Origin: a virus
Lineage: Duplodnaviria; Heunggongvirae; Uroviricota; Caudoviricetes
Strand: one strand, 5' to 3'
Virus record (IMG/VR): IMGVR_UViG_3300027608_000011
DNA: 64,000 nucleotides
In this document: positions 1-8,357 of the stretch, one piece after another
Numbering within the stretch: position 1 is the first letter of the stretch
Layout of the letters: every line of letters starts with the position of its first letter
Program-made: the position numbers and the translations under genes
Notes under the pieces: model-generated
The model's database searches: none
The model's input: the letters and a program-made list of their open reading frames with translations, nothing else
Told to the model about the DNA's origin: nothing

Positions 1-1
1 T

Positions 2-163
2 TACATGGACTACTACTGTAGCGGTATAGGTGCAGGCCTTGGCAACGGAGACGAAGACGGCACCAAAGGTTATGTCGGTGAAAGTGTAGTCACTGAAGAA
101 GTTGAAAATGATTTTAAAACTATAGGCTGGCAATGGAAACATTGGCCCGATGACTATATATGA
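2..163 (+). CDS. Partial (5'-truncated) phage hypothetical protein
   Basis: Open frame from window edge (YMDYYCSGIG...HWPDDYI) ending at TGA 161-163, overlapping the next ATG (ATGA coupling). Confidence 0.7.
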   Translation, partial: YMDYYCSGIGAGLGNGDEDGTKGYVGESVVTEEVENDFKTIGWQWKHWPDDYI

Positions 164-636
164 AATATAACATACCCTTTACCTTTGCTGATAATTATAT
201 TAATACTAAAACAAATAACCTGTTTAAAATAAAAGTATATAAAACCTTAGCATATACTAATGCACTATCGTTTGTATTAGAACATCAGATAGAACTAATT
301 AAAAACGGTCACGCTGATCCTCTTATTTTTATCAATAATACATATTCTGTAGTTACTGCCGAACATAACGATAAGATTGTAGGCTGTAGTGTATATAACA
401 TTATACCTGACAGATTAATGGTATGGAAACTTATGACTGTTGTGCATCCTGAATATCGACAACAAGGTCTTGCAAAAAGATTCCAGTCAGTATTAGAAGA
501 AATTGGACGTCGAAATGGATGTCTTAGAATAGATAGTACGGTACATAAAGATAATGCAAATATGATTACCGCAAATAAATCAAATGGAATGAGTCCAGAG
601 TATATTCGTTTTACTAAAAATATTGAAAAATTATGA
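160..636 (+). CDS. GNAT-family N-acetyltransferase
   Basis: Acetyl-CoA binding motif A VHPEYRQQGLA, then N-x-x-M/NKSNGM motif B. Confidence 0.85.
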   Translation: MKYNIPFTFADNYINTKTNNLFKIKVYKTLAYTNALSFVLEHQIELIKNGHADPLIFINNTYSVVTAEHNDKIVGCSVYNIIPDRLMVWKLMTVVHPEYRQQGLAKRFQSVLEEIGRRNGCLRIDSTVHKDNANMITANKSNGMSPEYIRFTKNIEKL

Positions 637-1502
637 AACTTAAAATAAGCGAGCTGTTTTACAGCATACAAGGTGAGGGACGTTACATGGGTGTACCAAG
701 TATTTTCTTACGTACATTTGGTTGTAACTTTACCTGTAGTGGGTTTGGCATGCCACGAGGTGAAGTGAGTCACGAAGCAACAGACATTGCGGCAACGCAT
801 ACAATGATTGAGTCTTTTGCAAAGTACGAAGACTTGCCATTAGTTAGTACAGGCTGTGACAGCTATGCCAGTTGGATGCCAGAGTTTAAAGACCTTAGTC
901 CAATGGTAGAAGTAGAAGGCCTTGCTAAAGACATTGTTGCTAAATTACCATATATGGAATGGCGTAATGAACATTTAGTTATCACCGGCGGAGAGCCATT
1001 GCTAGGGTGGCAACGTGCGTATCCAGAATTACTAAATCAACCATGTATGCAAGATCTTAAAGAGATTACATTTGAAACAAATGGTACTCAGAAGCTTACC
1101 GAAGACTTTAAAGAATATCTAGCAGAGTGGCAAACAGCAGGATGGCCGGATACTGGGCCAATGAGAGAAGTTACATTTAGTGTAAGTGCTAAACTTCCGG
1201 GTAGTGGCGAGAAATGGGAAGAAGCTATTTGTCCAGAAGTAGTTTGTGAATACGAAGATTTTGGTACTGTATATTTAAAATTCGTTGTTGCTTCGGAGCA
1301 GGATATCAAAGATGCAGAACGTGCAGTTAAGGAATTTCAAGATGCAGGATTTAGAGGTCACGTGTACTTAATGCCAGTTGGTGGTGTAGAAAGTGTATAT
1401 ACTCTCAACGCAAAGAATGTAGCATTGGCCGCTATGAAACGTGGATGGCGCTATAGTGACCGCTTACAAGTCCCCTTATTTAAGAATGAATGGGGAACCT
1501 AA
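633..1502 (+). CDS. queE: QueE-like radical SAM enzyme (7-carboxy-7-deazaguanine synthase)
   Basis: ELFYSIQGEG, FLRTFGCNFTC...GCDS, ITGGEPLL, FETNGT and RLQV motifs typical of QueE/NrdG-like proteins. Confidence 0.85.
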   Translation: MKLKISELFYSIQGEGRYMGVPSIFLRTFGCNFTCSGFGMPRGEVSHEATDIAATHTMIESFAKYEDLPLVSTGCDSYASWMPEFKDLSPMVEVEGLAKDIVAKLPYMEWRNEHLVITGGEPLLGWQRAYPELLNQPCMQDLKEITFETNGTQKLTEDFKEYLAEWQTAGWPDTGPMREVTFSVSAKLPGSGEKWEEAICPEVVCEYEDFGTVYLKFVVASEQDIKDAERAVKEFQDAGFRGHVYLMPVGGVESVYTLNAKNVALAAMKRGWRYSDRLQVPLFKNEWGT

Positions 1503-1675
1503 TGGAAACCAAAATTAGAACGCTTGCCCGCACAATTAGTTATAGAATAATTGCATTATTAATAACTGCAATTTGGACGGGATTAAGTAGTGCCATTCTA
1601 ATTCATATCATATTAACTGCTGTACATTATGTATTTGAAAGAATTTGGTTAAAGATTAAATGGGGAATACATTGA
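1502..1675 (+). CDS. Small membrane protein, DUF2061-like
   Basis: METKIRTLARTISYRI...HYVFERIW..IKWG pattern with a hydrophobic core. Confidence 0.7.
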   Translation: METKIRTLARTISYRIIALLITAIWTGLSSAILIHIILTAVHYVFERIWLKIKWGIH

Positions 1676-1700
1676 CACATACACAAAACTGTGTTATACT
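1672..1700 (+). promoter_or_regulatory. sigma70-type promoter
   Basis: TTGACA-17nt-TATACT upstream of AAGGA and ATG 1718. Confidence 0.75.
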
Positions 1701-1717
1701 ATACACAAGGAATAAAA

Positions 1718-2038
1718 ATGGCTTTTGTAGATAAAATTAAAAAGTTCTTTAAACGTAAAGAGCAAGTTAGAAGCGAAAAAGAAAAAGCCACACTGGCAGG
1801 TGAGCCGTGGGTTACTGTACTTAAAGTAGACATTGATCCAAATTCTCCTGCACAAGGATATTTTGAATTAGATTGGAATGATCATTTTGTAACTATGTTA
1901 TCTCGAGCGGGCTATGCTGGCCCAAGTGCAGATTCTATCGTTGACCAATGGTTCAGTGACTTATGCAATGGTATTGCACGTAGTCAATTAGAAGAAGAAA
2001 AGTTTATTGCAAATGCAGATATCCTGCAAAAGCGTTAA
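1718..2038 (+). CDS. Conserved phage hypothetical protein
   Basis: ORF with RBS AAGGA; GYFELDWND motif; no recognisable catalytic motif. Confidence 0.75.
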   Translation: MAFVDKIKKFFKRKEQVRSEKEKATLAGEPWVTVLKVDIDPNSPAQGYFELDWNDHFVTMLSRAGYAGPSADSIVDQWFSDLCNGIARSQLEEEKFIANADILQKR

Positions 2039-2053
2039 GGATTGTAAAATAAA

Positions 2054-3034
2054 ATGACCTACATTTTAGTGGATGCTAGTAATATGTTTTTCCGTGCTCG
2101 CCACGTTGTTCGTGGAGATGATCCGGAAACTAAAGTTGGTATGGCTTACCATATTATGTTTAATAGTATTAACAAAGTATGGCGAGACTTCCAGGGTAAG
2201 CACGTTATCTTCTGCTTCGAGGGCCGCTCGTGGCGCAAAGACGTTTATAAACCCTACAAAGCAAATCGTGCCGCGGCCCGTGCCGCTTTAACAGAAAAAG
2301 AAGCAGAAGAAGATAAAATGTTTTGGGAAGCGTTTGATTATTTCAAAACATTTTTAACTGAAAAGACTAACACTACAACACTTCAACATGAGAGGTGCGA
2401 AGCTGACGATTTTATAGCCAGATGGATCCAAACACATCCAGAAGATCAGCATGTAATTGTTAGTAGCGACAGCGACTTCTTCCAGCTACTGGGTCCTAAT
2501 GTTAGGATCTATAACGGTATTAGTAAAACTACTGTAACCCTTGAAGGATTTTTCGATGACAAAGGTAAGTCTATCATTGATAAGAAAACTAAACAAGCAA
2601 AAGCCGCGCCTGATCCATCCTGGTTGCTATTTGAGAAGTGTATGCGTGGCGACACCTCCGACAATGTCTTCTCTGCTTATCCGGGAGTACGTGAGAAAGG
2701 GACAAAGAATAAAGTTGGTCTCCGTGAAGCCTTTGCAGACAGAAACGACCGCGGATATAATTGGAACAACATGATGCTTCAGCGTTGGGTTGACCATAAT
2801 GGTGAAGAACATCGTGTGCGTGACAAGTATGAAGAAAACAGACATGTCATTGACTTAACTATGCAACCAGACGATATTAAACTTAGCCTGGACTCTGTTA
2901 TATCAGATAAAACAAAAACAGAACCAAAGAAACAAGTGGGAGTTGAGTTCCTACGTTTTTGTGGTAAGTGGGACTTGCAAGACATAGCCAAGAGACCAGA
3001 CGATCATGTAAATTATTTAAATGCAAGGTATTAA
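2054..3034 (+). CDS. rnh: T4 RNase H-like 5'-3' exonuclease (FEN/PIN fold)
   Basis: LVDASN, WRKDVYKPYKANR, EADD, SSDSDF and GDTSDNV acidic motifs. Confidence 0.9.
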   Translation: MTYILVDASNMFFRARHVVRGDDPETKVGMAYHIMFNSINKVWRDFQGKHVIFCFEGRSWRKDVYKPYKANRAAARAALTEKEAEEDKMFWEAFDYFKTFLTEKTNTTTLQHERCEADDFIARWIQTHPEDQHVIVSSDSDFFQLLGPNVRIYNGISKTTVTLEGFFDDKGKSIIDKKTKQAKAAPDPSWLLFEKCMRGDTSDNVFSAYPGVREKGTKNKVGLREAFADRNDRGYNWNNMMLQRWVDHNGEEHRVRDKYEENRHVIDLTMQPDDIKLSLDSVISDKTKTEPKKQVGVEFLRFCGKWDLQDIAKRPDDHVNYLNARY

Positions 3035-3038
3035 TAGT

Positions 3039-3506
3039 ATGTTAGCTAAAACAATTATGCCAGGTAAATTCTGGATCCTAGAAGAGTCAGGGCAAAAGAT
3101 AGGAACTATACATAACGGTGATAATGTTTTCACCTTGAGTTTTAAAGGTGGACTTAAACGTTACAACGACCTTAAAGTATTAGAAGATGAGTTACATGTT
3201 AGTTTGGGAGAAAGTGCAGAAGCAGTGAATGTAAGAAGCACTAATGACTCTGTGTTAGAGTATCCTACTGCATGGGCACTGATATATAACAAACAAGAAT
3301 TAGAAGGCTTGCCTGTGTTTACTAAAACAGAAAACTCAAAAAGTTTCCATGCCGCCGGATACTATGGCATTCAGTTCCCCAATGGATGGACTACCAGCTT
3401 CTGTCCTAGACTAACTACTATTAAGGGCTATCAATATATTGGGCCGTTTAAAACACAATCTGATATGACTGTGGCCATTCAGCGTAAGAAAAATGAACGA
3501 ACTTAA
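3039..3506 (+). CDS. Conserved phage hypothetical protein
   Basis: ORF in operon; PVFTKT..SKS..AAGYY..FCPRL..Y.GPFKT pattern. Confidence 0.75.
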   Translation: MLAKTIMPGKFWILEESGQKIGTIHNGDNVFTLSFKGGLKRYNDLKVLEDELHVSLGESAEAVNVRSTNDSVLEYPTAWALIYNKQELEGLPVFTKTENSKSFHAAGYYGIQFPNGWTTSFCPRLTTIKGYQYIGPFKTQSDMTVAIQRKKNERT

Positions 3507-3705
3507 TTTTGCAATAGTTAAAAAACTAACAGATGCTGTAGAATCTGCTACTAGAAGTCATAGTAAAGACATGCGTATTAGCACTGCCGATGCCGTATCT
3601 ATTTTATCAATAATCACTAACCTAAGTCTTAAAGTAGTCGATAAGTCGTCTAGCAAATCAGACTCTACTACAGTAGTAGCCGCAGACGGCGGCAAATTTA
3701 GATAA
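3493..3705 (+). CDS. Hypothetical protein
   Basis: 70-aa ORF overlapping the upstream stop. Confidence 0.65.
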   Translation: MNELNFAIVKKLTDAVESATRSHSKDMRISTADAVSILSIITNLSLKVVDKSSSKSDSTTVVAADGGKFR

Positions 3706-3736
3706 TTTATAGTAAATACTAGTTTAAGGAGCCGGT

Positions 3737-4039
3737 ATGCGTAACATCGTATTGGCGTTCCTATTCAGTATAAGCTCTATAGTTAACGCTCAAGTAGTTG
3801 AAATAAACAAGCCAGTCCAGTGCGGATCAACTGATCTAGTATTGTCGGCGCTTATTGCGTACCATGAAAAACCACTATGGATAGGTAATGGAGATAACGA
3901 AACCAAATTACTTATTTTTGTAAACTACAGTACTGCAACCTGGACGTTGGTTGAAATAGAAAAAACCGTTGCCTGTGTGCTTGCCGTCGGACAGGGCTTC
4001 GGGATGCTATCCAACCCCAAAGAAAAACCCTACCTGTAA
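3737..4039 (+). CDS. Hypothetical exported protein
   Basis: Signal-peptide-like N-terminus (..VNA/Q), two Cys, RBS AAGGAG, upstream TAAATA at 3713-3718. Confidence 0.7.
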   Translation: MRNIVLAFLFSISSIVNAQVVEINKPVQCGSTDLVLSALIAYHEKPLWIGNGDNETKLLIFVNYSTATWTLVEIEKTVACVLAVGQGFGMLSNPKEKPYL

Positions 4040-4090
4040 CGCCAATAAAACTTACTTTAATGGATAAATATCCGTAGAGAGGAAGCAAAG

Positions 4091-4399
4091 ATGGCGAGAC
4101 CGAAACCACAGATACTGTTAGATTACACAAATCCAAAGACCTATAAGAGCGAACAAATATTAGAGGCTGATGCTATTTTTGCAGTATTCTACGATAGTAA
4201 CCCCATTAACTTACGAACGTTAAATGCATTAGTAAATTACCCGGGGCCAAAATATAAAAAAGTTAGTTTTAGTAATAGCGGCCACGCTTTTAATCTTGCT
4301 GAAAGACTTAATAAACTCTTTAAAACGGATAAATTTCAGGTATACGAACTTACTCAAGGTAAAATTGTAACTGATAAATCTGCAGATGGTTCCGTGTGA
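4091..4399 (+). CDS. Conserved phage hypothetical protein
   Basis: RBS GAGG; GPKYKKVSFSNSGHA motif; TAAATA box at 4065-4070. Confidence 0.8.
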   Translation: MARPKPQILLDYTNPKTYKSEQILEADAIFAVFYDSNPINLRTLNALVNYPGPKYKKVSFSNSGHAFNLAERLNKLFKTDKFQVYELTQGKIVTDKSADGSV

Positions 4400-4739
4400 A
4401 ATCATCATTGAAGAGATCAAAACGTTTCATAAGTTAGATACCGTAAACCCATGGCATATTTTTTATAATTATAAAAAAGGCCAAGGTACTAGATTAACTA
4501 AGCAAGGGTTTACTTTGCTTCAACCTATGTTTGATAGCTATAAAATATTGTTGGATAAAGAACATGCTGTTAAAAGCAAACATCTGATTATATTGCAAAG
4601 GTCAATGACATTTCCTTATTATATAACTCGCACAGCAATATGGGTGTTCAGCGAACAAGATGCATTTATGCTTAAACTAAATGGCGGCGATATAGAGCAT
4701 CTGGGACAGACTAGCGGAGTTACATTAGATAATATTTAA
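4386..4739 (+). CDS. Hypothetical protein
   Basis: 117-aa ORF overlapping the upstream gene. Confidence 0.7.
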   Translation: MVPCEIIIEEIKTFHKLDTVNPWHIFYNYKKGQGTRLTKQGFTLLQPMFDSYKILLDKEHAVKSKHLIILQRSMTFPYYITRTAIWVFSEQDAFMLKLNGGDIEHLGQTSGVTLDNI

Positions 4740-4741
4740 AA

Positions 4742-5368
4742 ATGCAGATACACGTTTTTAAATTAACCCTTGATAATCACTATAGTGAATTTAAAGAATT
4801 TTGTATAGATCATTGGGAAGAACACACTCGGACATCTTCCAGAATGATGAATATTTGTAATTTAGATGTTAATAAATTCTTTCATAGTGCTATATTCTGT
4901 TTAGAAAATAATATTGCACCGACGATTGTTGATCTAGTAGGACAACATCGTAACACAACCGCGCATGACCAAACATTATTAATAGGGCCTGAACAACAAA
5001 GTAGATGGTCTAATTTCCAAGATTACTTAGACACAGTTGAAGGAGGCAATAAAGCTGTGGCGCCGTATGCTATATTAGTTCCAATATCCGGAGATGTTAG
5101 TGTTATGTTTAAAGAATATACTAATAATGTACTTGAAGAAGGTCATTGTTTGTTTGACCCGACACTAGTTGGACCACTTAGGTTTGAATTGAAACTCGAT
5201 GCTCCGTACCTTGTTAGTACATTAAATCCAGTTGATATAATTAATCATAGTCCACATCCTGCGTTATATATTATCTATCGTTTTGTATATCCAAAACGCC
5301 CATACGGATTTTATAAATGGTTATCTTTTATAATGCATAATTTTAAAAGAGAACGTTTAAAACAATAG
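4742..5368 (+). CDS. Hypothetical protein, possibly a degenerate cupin/2OG-oxygenase fold
   Basis: GQHRN, AILVPI and PYLVSTLNPVDIIN segments echo the AspH-like proteins in this window but lack the full His triad. Confidence 0.5.
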   Translation: MQIHVFKLTLDNHYSEFKEFCIDHWEEHTRTSSRMMNICNLDVNKFFHSAIFCLENNIAPTIVDLVGQHRNTTAHDQTLLIGPEQQSRWSNFQDYLDTVEGGNKAVAPYAILVPISGDVSVMFKEYTNNVLEEGHCLFDPTLVGPLRFELKLDAPYLVSTLNPVDIINHSPHPALYIIYRFVYPKRPYGFYKWLSFIMHNFKRERLKQ

Positions 5369-5384
5369 TACTACAATTACTTGG

Positions 5385-5413
5385 TTGACAATAAACTATA
5401 TTGATTGTATACT
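5385..5413 (+). promoter_or_regulatory. sigma70-type promoter
   Basis: TTGACA-17nt-TATACT with TG extension. Confidence 0.8.
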
Positions 5414-5424
5414 TTAGGTTCAGT

Positions 5425-5466
5425 AGGGCGAGTATGCCCGTAAACAAGGGCGAGTATGCCCGTAAA
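5425..5466 (+). repeat. Tandem 20-nt direct repeat, each copy a GGGC-N6-GCCC hairpin
   Basis: AGGGCGAGTATGCCCGTAAA at 5425-5444 and 5447-5466, abutting RBS AAGGA. Confidence 0.95.
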
Positions 5467-5478
5467 AGGAACTTAACT

Positions 5479-6624
5479 ATGACAACAATTACCCACGCTC
5501 AAACAATCAATGAGCGGTATCTCAAATCAACCAGCCATTTCGTTACGTTACAACAACGTCTAGCAGATGCACTTAAATCTGCCCCGGTGTTTGTAAACAT
5601 GCTAACTGCAATGGTAGACGAATACAAACGTCGACACGCTGAATGGCTAAAGTTCACTGACCTTAATTTATGCAAAGCAATTATGGTTCCAATGGACAAG
5701 ATTCTAATCGATACTACAATGCAACGCAGTCTTAATCTGCGACATGTATTAAGTATTCTTCAACACTTTCGTAGCACAATGACTATGGCTATACAAGTCT
5801 ATGAAGATGAAAACAAGCCCGGCTATTACATAGCATGGGATGGTCAGCACACTGCCATTACACTTTACATTATCCTTACCAAAGTATTCGGTGAACAAAC
5901 TGCCAAGACGCTGGTTCCAGTTGTTGTGTACAATGTAAAACACAAACTAGAAATTCGTCGTAACTTTATTTTGCTTAACGGCGATGCTAAAGAAGAATTA
6001 GACTTTATTGACAAGTACATTCAGATGGTGTTTGGTGTTAAGATTGACAAAGCAGATGACCAAGAGTGGGTTGATACTGCACTTAAGAATGACTACTTTG
6101 CGGCCGCAGGACTATTTGCTACACACAACAAGTTTGGTGATGAAGACCACCCGGGTGCGTTTACCTTGTTGGCCGACACACTGATGAGCAAGAGTTTGAA
6201 AACTCGCAAACATCCAGAGGTTACTCGAATGTTTGCACAATACTGGAGTTTCTTAAATCAACAACGTCCTGTTGAACCTAAGGAAGCTAGACAGTTGTAT
6301 GAGTACTTCAATCTTTGCTATGAGCAAAGCATCACTGTTGATGATGCATACTTGTTGGAGTTTGTGGCATTTACCAAAAACAACTTTGATGCAGACTTTG
6401 GTCCTAACGGGCCATTCTGGGACAAGGTAAAAATGTCTTACGAAGAATGGTACAAGAAGGCTAACCCAGAGTCATTTGCAGAGTTTGGATTGAAAGGCTT
6501 TAGTTCAGAAATGCGTACAGGCATTCCGTTCTTAATTGCACAAATTAAGAAAAGTACTAAACTGAAAGTGCCAACATTTACTCCTAATAACGGCTTCACT
6601 GTTGCTAAGAAGGACTTGTGGTAA
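5479..6624 (+). CDS. ParB/Srx-fold (DGQHR-like) domain protein
   Basis: IDTTMQRSL and AWDGQHT motifs; start taken at ATG 5479 after RBS AAGGA. Confidence 0.7.
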   Translation: MTTITHAQTINERYLKSTSHFVTLQQRLADALKSAPVFVNMLTAMVDEYKRRHAEWLKFTDLNLCKAIMVPMDKILIDTTMQRSLNLRHVLSILQHFRSTMTMAIQVYEDENKPGYYIAWDGQHTAITLYIILTKVFGEQTAKTLVPVVVYNVKHKLEIRRNFILLNGDAKEELDFIDKYIQMVFGVKIDKADDQEWVDTALKNDYFAAAGLFATHNKFGDEDHPGAFTLLADTLMSKSLKTRKHPEVTRMFAQYWSFLNQQRPVEPKEARQLYEYFNLCYEQSITVDDAYLLEFVAFTKNNFDADFGPNGPFWDKVKMSYEEWYKKANPESFAEFGLKGFSSEMRTGIPFLIAQIKKSTKLKVPTFTPNNGFTVAKKDLW

Positions 6625-6625
6625 T

Positions 6626-7081
6626 ATGTCAACACTACGTGATCCAAGCAAGGACAAACTTAAGAGTCAAAGTATTCTTAAGGAACAGTATCGTCTGCAA
6701 TGCAAGTGCAAGTTAGAAGATTGCGATAACGATATCACAATTTTTGATGGTCCAGGCAGTGATGGTTACTGCCGTGAACATCAACTACAACTTACAGAGT
6801 ATGGTGGCATGGGTAAAGCAGAACGTCCGCATACATTTTATCGTGGTTGGGTATGCCAATGTTGCAAATACGATCCTCGTGAAGATCCACAGTTTGACGA
6901 CATTGAAGATCCGTTCCATAAGTTACGTTGTATGCGCGGCGTGATGCACGGAGACCACCTAGAGCGTAAAAGCGATGGTGGAGCAGACACCGCAGAGAAC
7001 ATACAAACCCTGTGCTGTCGTTGCCATATGATTAAGACTTACAAGGAAAAAGATTACCTCAGGGGTAAAAAAGACGATTGA
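6626..7081 (+). CDS. Cys-rich HNH endonuclease
   Basis: CQCC, HGDHL...GG...ENIQTLCCRCH.IKT HNH motif; additional N-terminal C-x-C/C/CREH zinc site. Confidence 0.85.
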   Translation: MSTLRDPSKDKLKSQSILKEQYRLQCKCKLEDCDNDITIFDGPGSDGYCREHQLQLTEYGGMGKAERPHTFYRGWVCQCCKYDPREDPQFDDIEDPFHKLRCMRGVMHGDHLERKSDGGADTAENIQTLCCRCHMIKTYKEKDYLRGKKDD

Positions 7082-7129
7082 CAATAAATCCAATTAATTG
7101 TATAATAGTGGCTTAGTAAGTAAAAAGGA
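7078..7129 (+). promoter_or_regulatory. Early promoter cassette copy 1 (perfect sigma70 consensus plus RBS)
   Basis: TTGACA ATAAATCCAATTAATTG TATAAT AGTGGCTTAGTAAGTAAAAAGGA; 51/52 identical to 51266-51317. Confidence 0.95.
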
Positions 7130-7135
7130 TTCAAA

Positions 7136-7399
7136 ATGAATTTTGAACATCGTGTATTAGGTCTAGTTAACCCGTTGCTAAAAAACAACGAAACTGCTGA
7201 ATTTTACTTGGATACTGGTACGTTATTTGTTGCTAGTTCTGAGGGTACTGCCCGCAGTATCTACCATAAATTAAGCAAGGAATTTGGACTCGGATCCATA
7301 GCAATCAGCGGGCCAATTCAGGGCGAATTTGCCTACGATTTTGTTGCAGAAATGCAACACAATGAAGAACTTAGCCCGTTTGCCACTTGTAATTCTTAA
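7136..7399 (+). CDS. Early hypothetical protein
   Basis: ORF directly behind the promoter cassette and RBS. Confidence 0.8.
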   Translation: MNFEHRVLGLVNPLLKNNETAEFYLDTGTLFVASSEGTARSIYHKLSKEFGLGSIAISGPIQGEFAYDFVAEMQHNEELSPFATCNS

Positions 7400-7403
7400 T
7401 TGG

Positions 7404-7432
7404 TTGACAATAAATCCAATTAATTGTATAAT
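7404..7432 (+). promoter_or_regulatory. Early promoter cassette copy 2
   Basis: TTGACAATAAATCCAATTAATTGTATAAT, identical core. Confidence 0.95.
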
Positions 7433-7463
7433 ACTAGCATACGTTAACAAAAGAGGCTAATAA

Positions 7464-7787
7464 ATGAAACTGCTAATTACCACACAGATTTACGAAAACT
7501 ACGGTGCCCACGATTGGGACGGCAAGAACGAGTGCCCGCAGTACTGGAAAGCCAAGGGCGGCAACGACTACGTGGTCAAGAATTTCACGGACTTCGGCGC
7601 CGTCACTGAGACTGTGATGGCTCTGCGCGGCCAGCTCGAGCAAGACAATGACGGCTTCCGTGAGCACATCATTGATTGGGAAGTTGTAGCAGATGACTAC
7701 CTTACTGAGTTTGAGCAGAGCCAGTTGAACTACGAAGGCGTGATCCGTTTTCCAGCCAAAGAACTTACATTTAAAGAGGTAGCATAA
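7464..7787 (+). CDS. Early conserved phage hypothetical protein
   Basis: ENYGAHDWDG..ECPQYWKAKGG motif; RBS GAGG. Confidence 0.85.
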   Translation: MKLLITTQIYENYGAHDWDGKNECPQYWKAKGGNDYVVKNFTDFGAVTETVMALRGQLEQDNDGFREHIIDWEVVADDYLTEFEQSQLNYEGVIRFPAKELTFKEVA

Positions 7788-7788
7788 T

Positions 7789-7989
7789 ATGGGTCGCTTG
7801 AAAGACTTTTACACTGATCTCGAAAGCCGGATCGTTGACGGTGAAGATTGGGATCAACTTTCCAATCATATCCAAACTGTACTACACGTAAGCAATGATG
7901 AGGCCATGCGTCTCATCCAAAACATTTCCCAAACCATTGATATGGAAGAAATGGAAGCTGAAATTCAAACCGAAGCTAAGTTCGGTTAA
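7789..7989 (+). CDS. Early hypothetical acidic protein
   Basis: RBS GAGGT; 66 aa. Confidence 0.7.
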   Translation: MGRLKDFYTDLESRIVDGEDWDQLSNHIQTVLHVSNDEAMRLIQNISQTIDMEEMEAEIQTEAKFG

Positions 7990-8039
7990 TAAGATTTATG
8001 ATGCTATCAATTCAATTCGTCCAAAATGTTCAAAACATA

Positions 8040-8068
8040 TTGACAACAAATCAAATTGGTAGTATTAT
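8040..8068 (+). promoter_or_regulatory. sigma70-type promoter
   Basis: TTGACA-17nt-TATTAT. Confidence 0.7.
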
Positions 8069-8121
8069 AAAGGTTGCTAGCGATTATGCTGGCGTTTTTA
8101 AACTAATGACAGGAGTCATGT

Positions 8122-8355
8122 ATGTCTGATAAAATTTTCACCCATGTTGGTGTTTCTACCCTTAAGGGCAAGGTTAAAGCCCGTTTCACTAACGACGCAA
8201 GTCGTGTTAAAGTTCTTATGAAGAACGGCCACACAGATGTGACCTTTATCGAATTGCCTAAGGCAATGACAAAGGAGCAGATCCGTGCTGGTGGTTATCT
8301 TGAGACTTTGATGCCAACTGCTACTGCCGAAGAAATTGTTGCGGCGGCGGCCTAA
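8122..8355 (+). CDS. Small conserved phage protein
   Basis: RBS AGGAG; KARFTND..RVKVL.KNGHTD...IELP..MTK motif; has its own promoter and terminator. Confidence 0.85.
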   Translation: MSDKIFTHVGVSTLKGKVKARFTNDASRVKVLMKNGHTDVTFIELPKAMTKEQIRAGGYLETLMPTATAEEIVAAAA

Positions 8356-8357
8356 AC

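Noticed and set aside
7078-7432. Repeated 29-52 bp elements as CRISPR repeats, att sites or IS ends
   Set aside because: They are exact -35/-10 promoters separated by whole genes; no cas, integrase or transposase is present.
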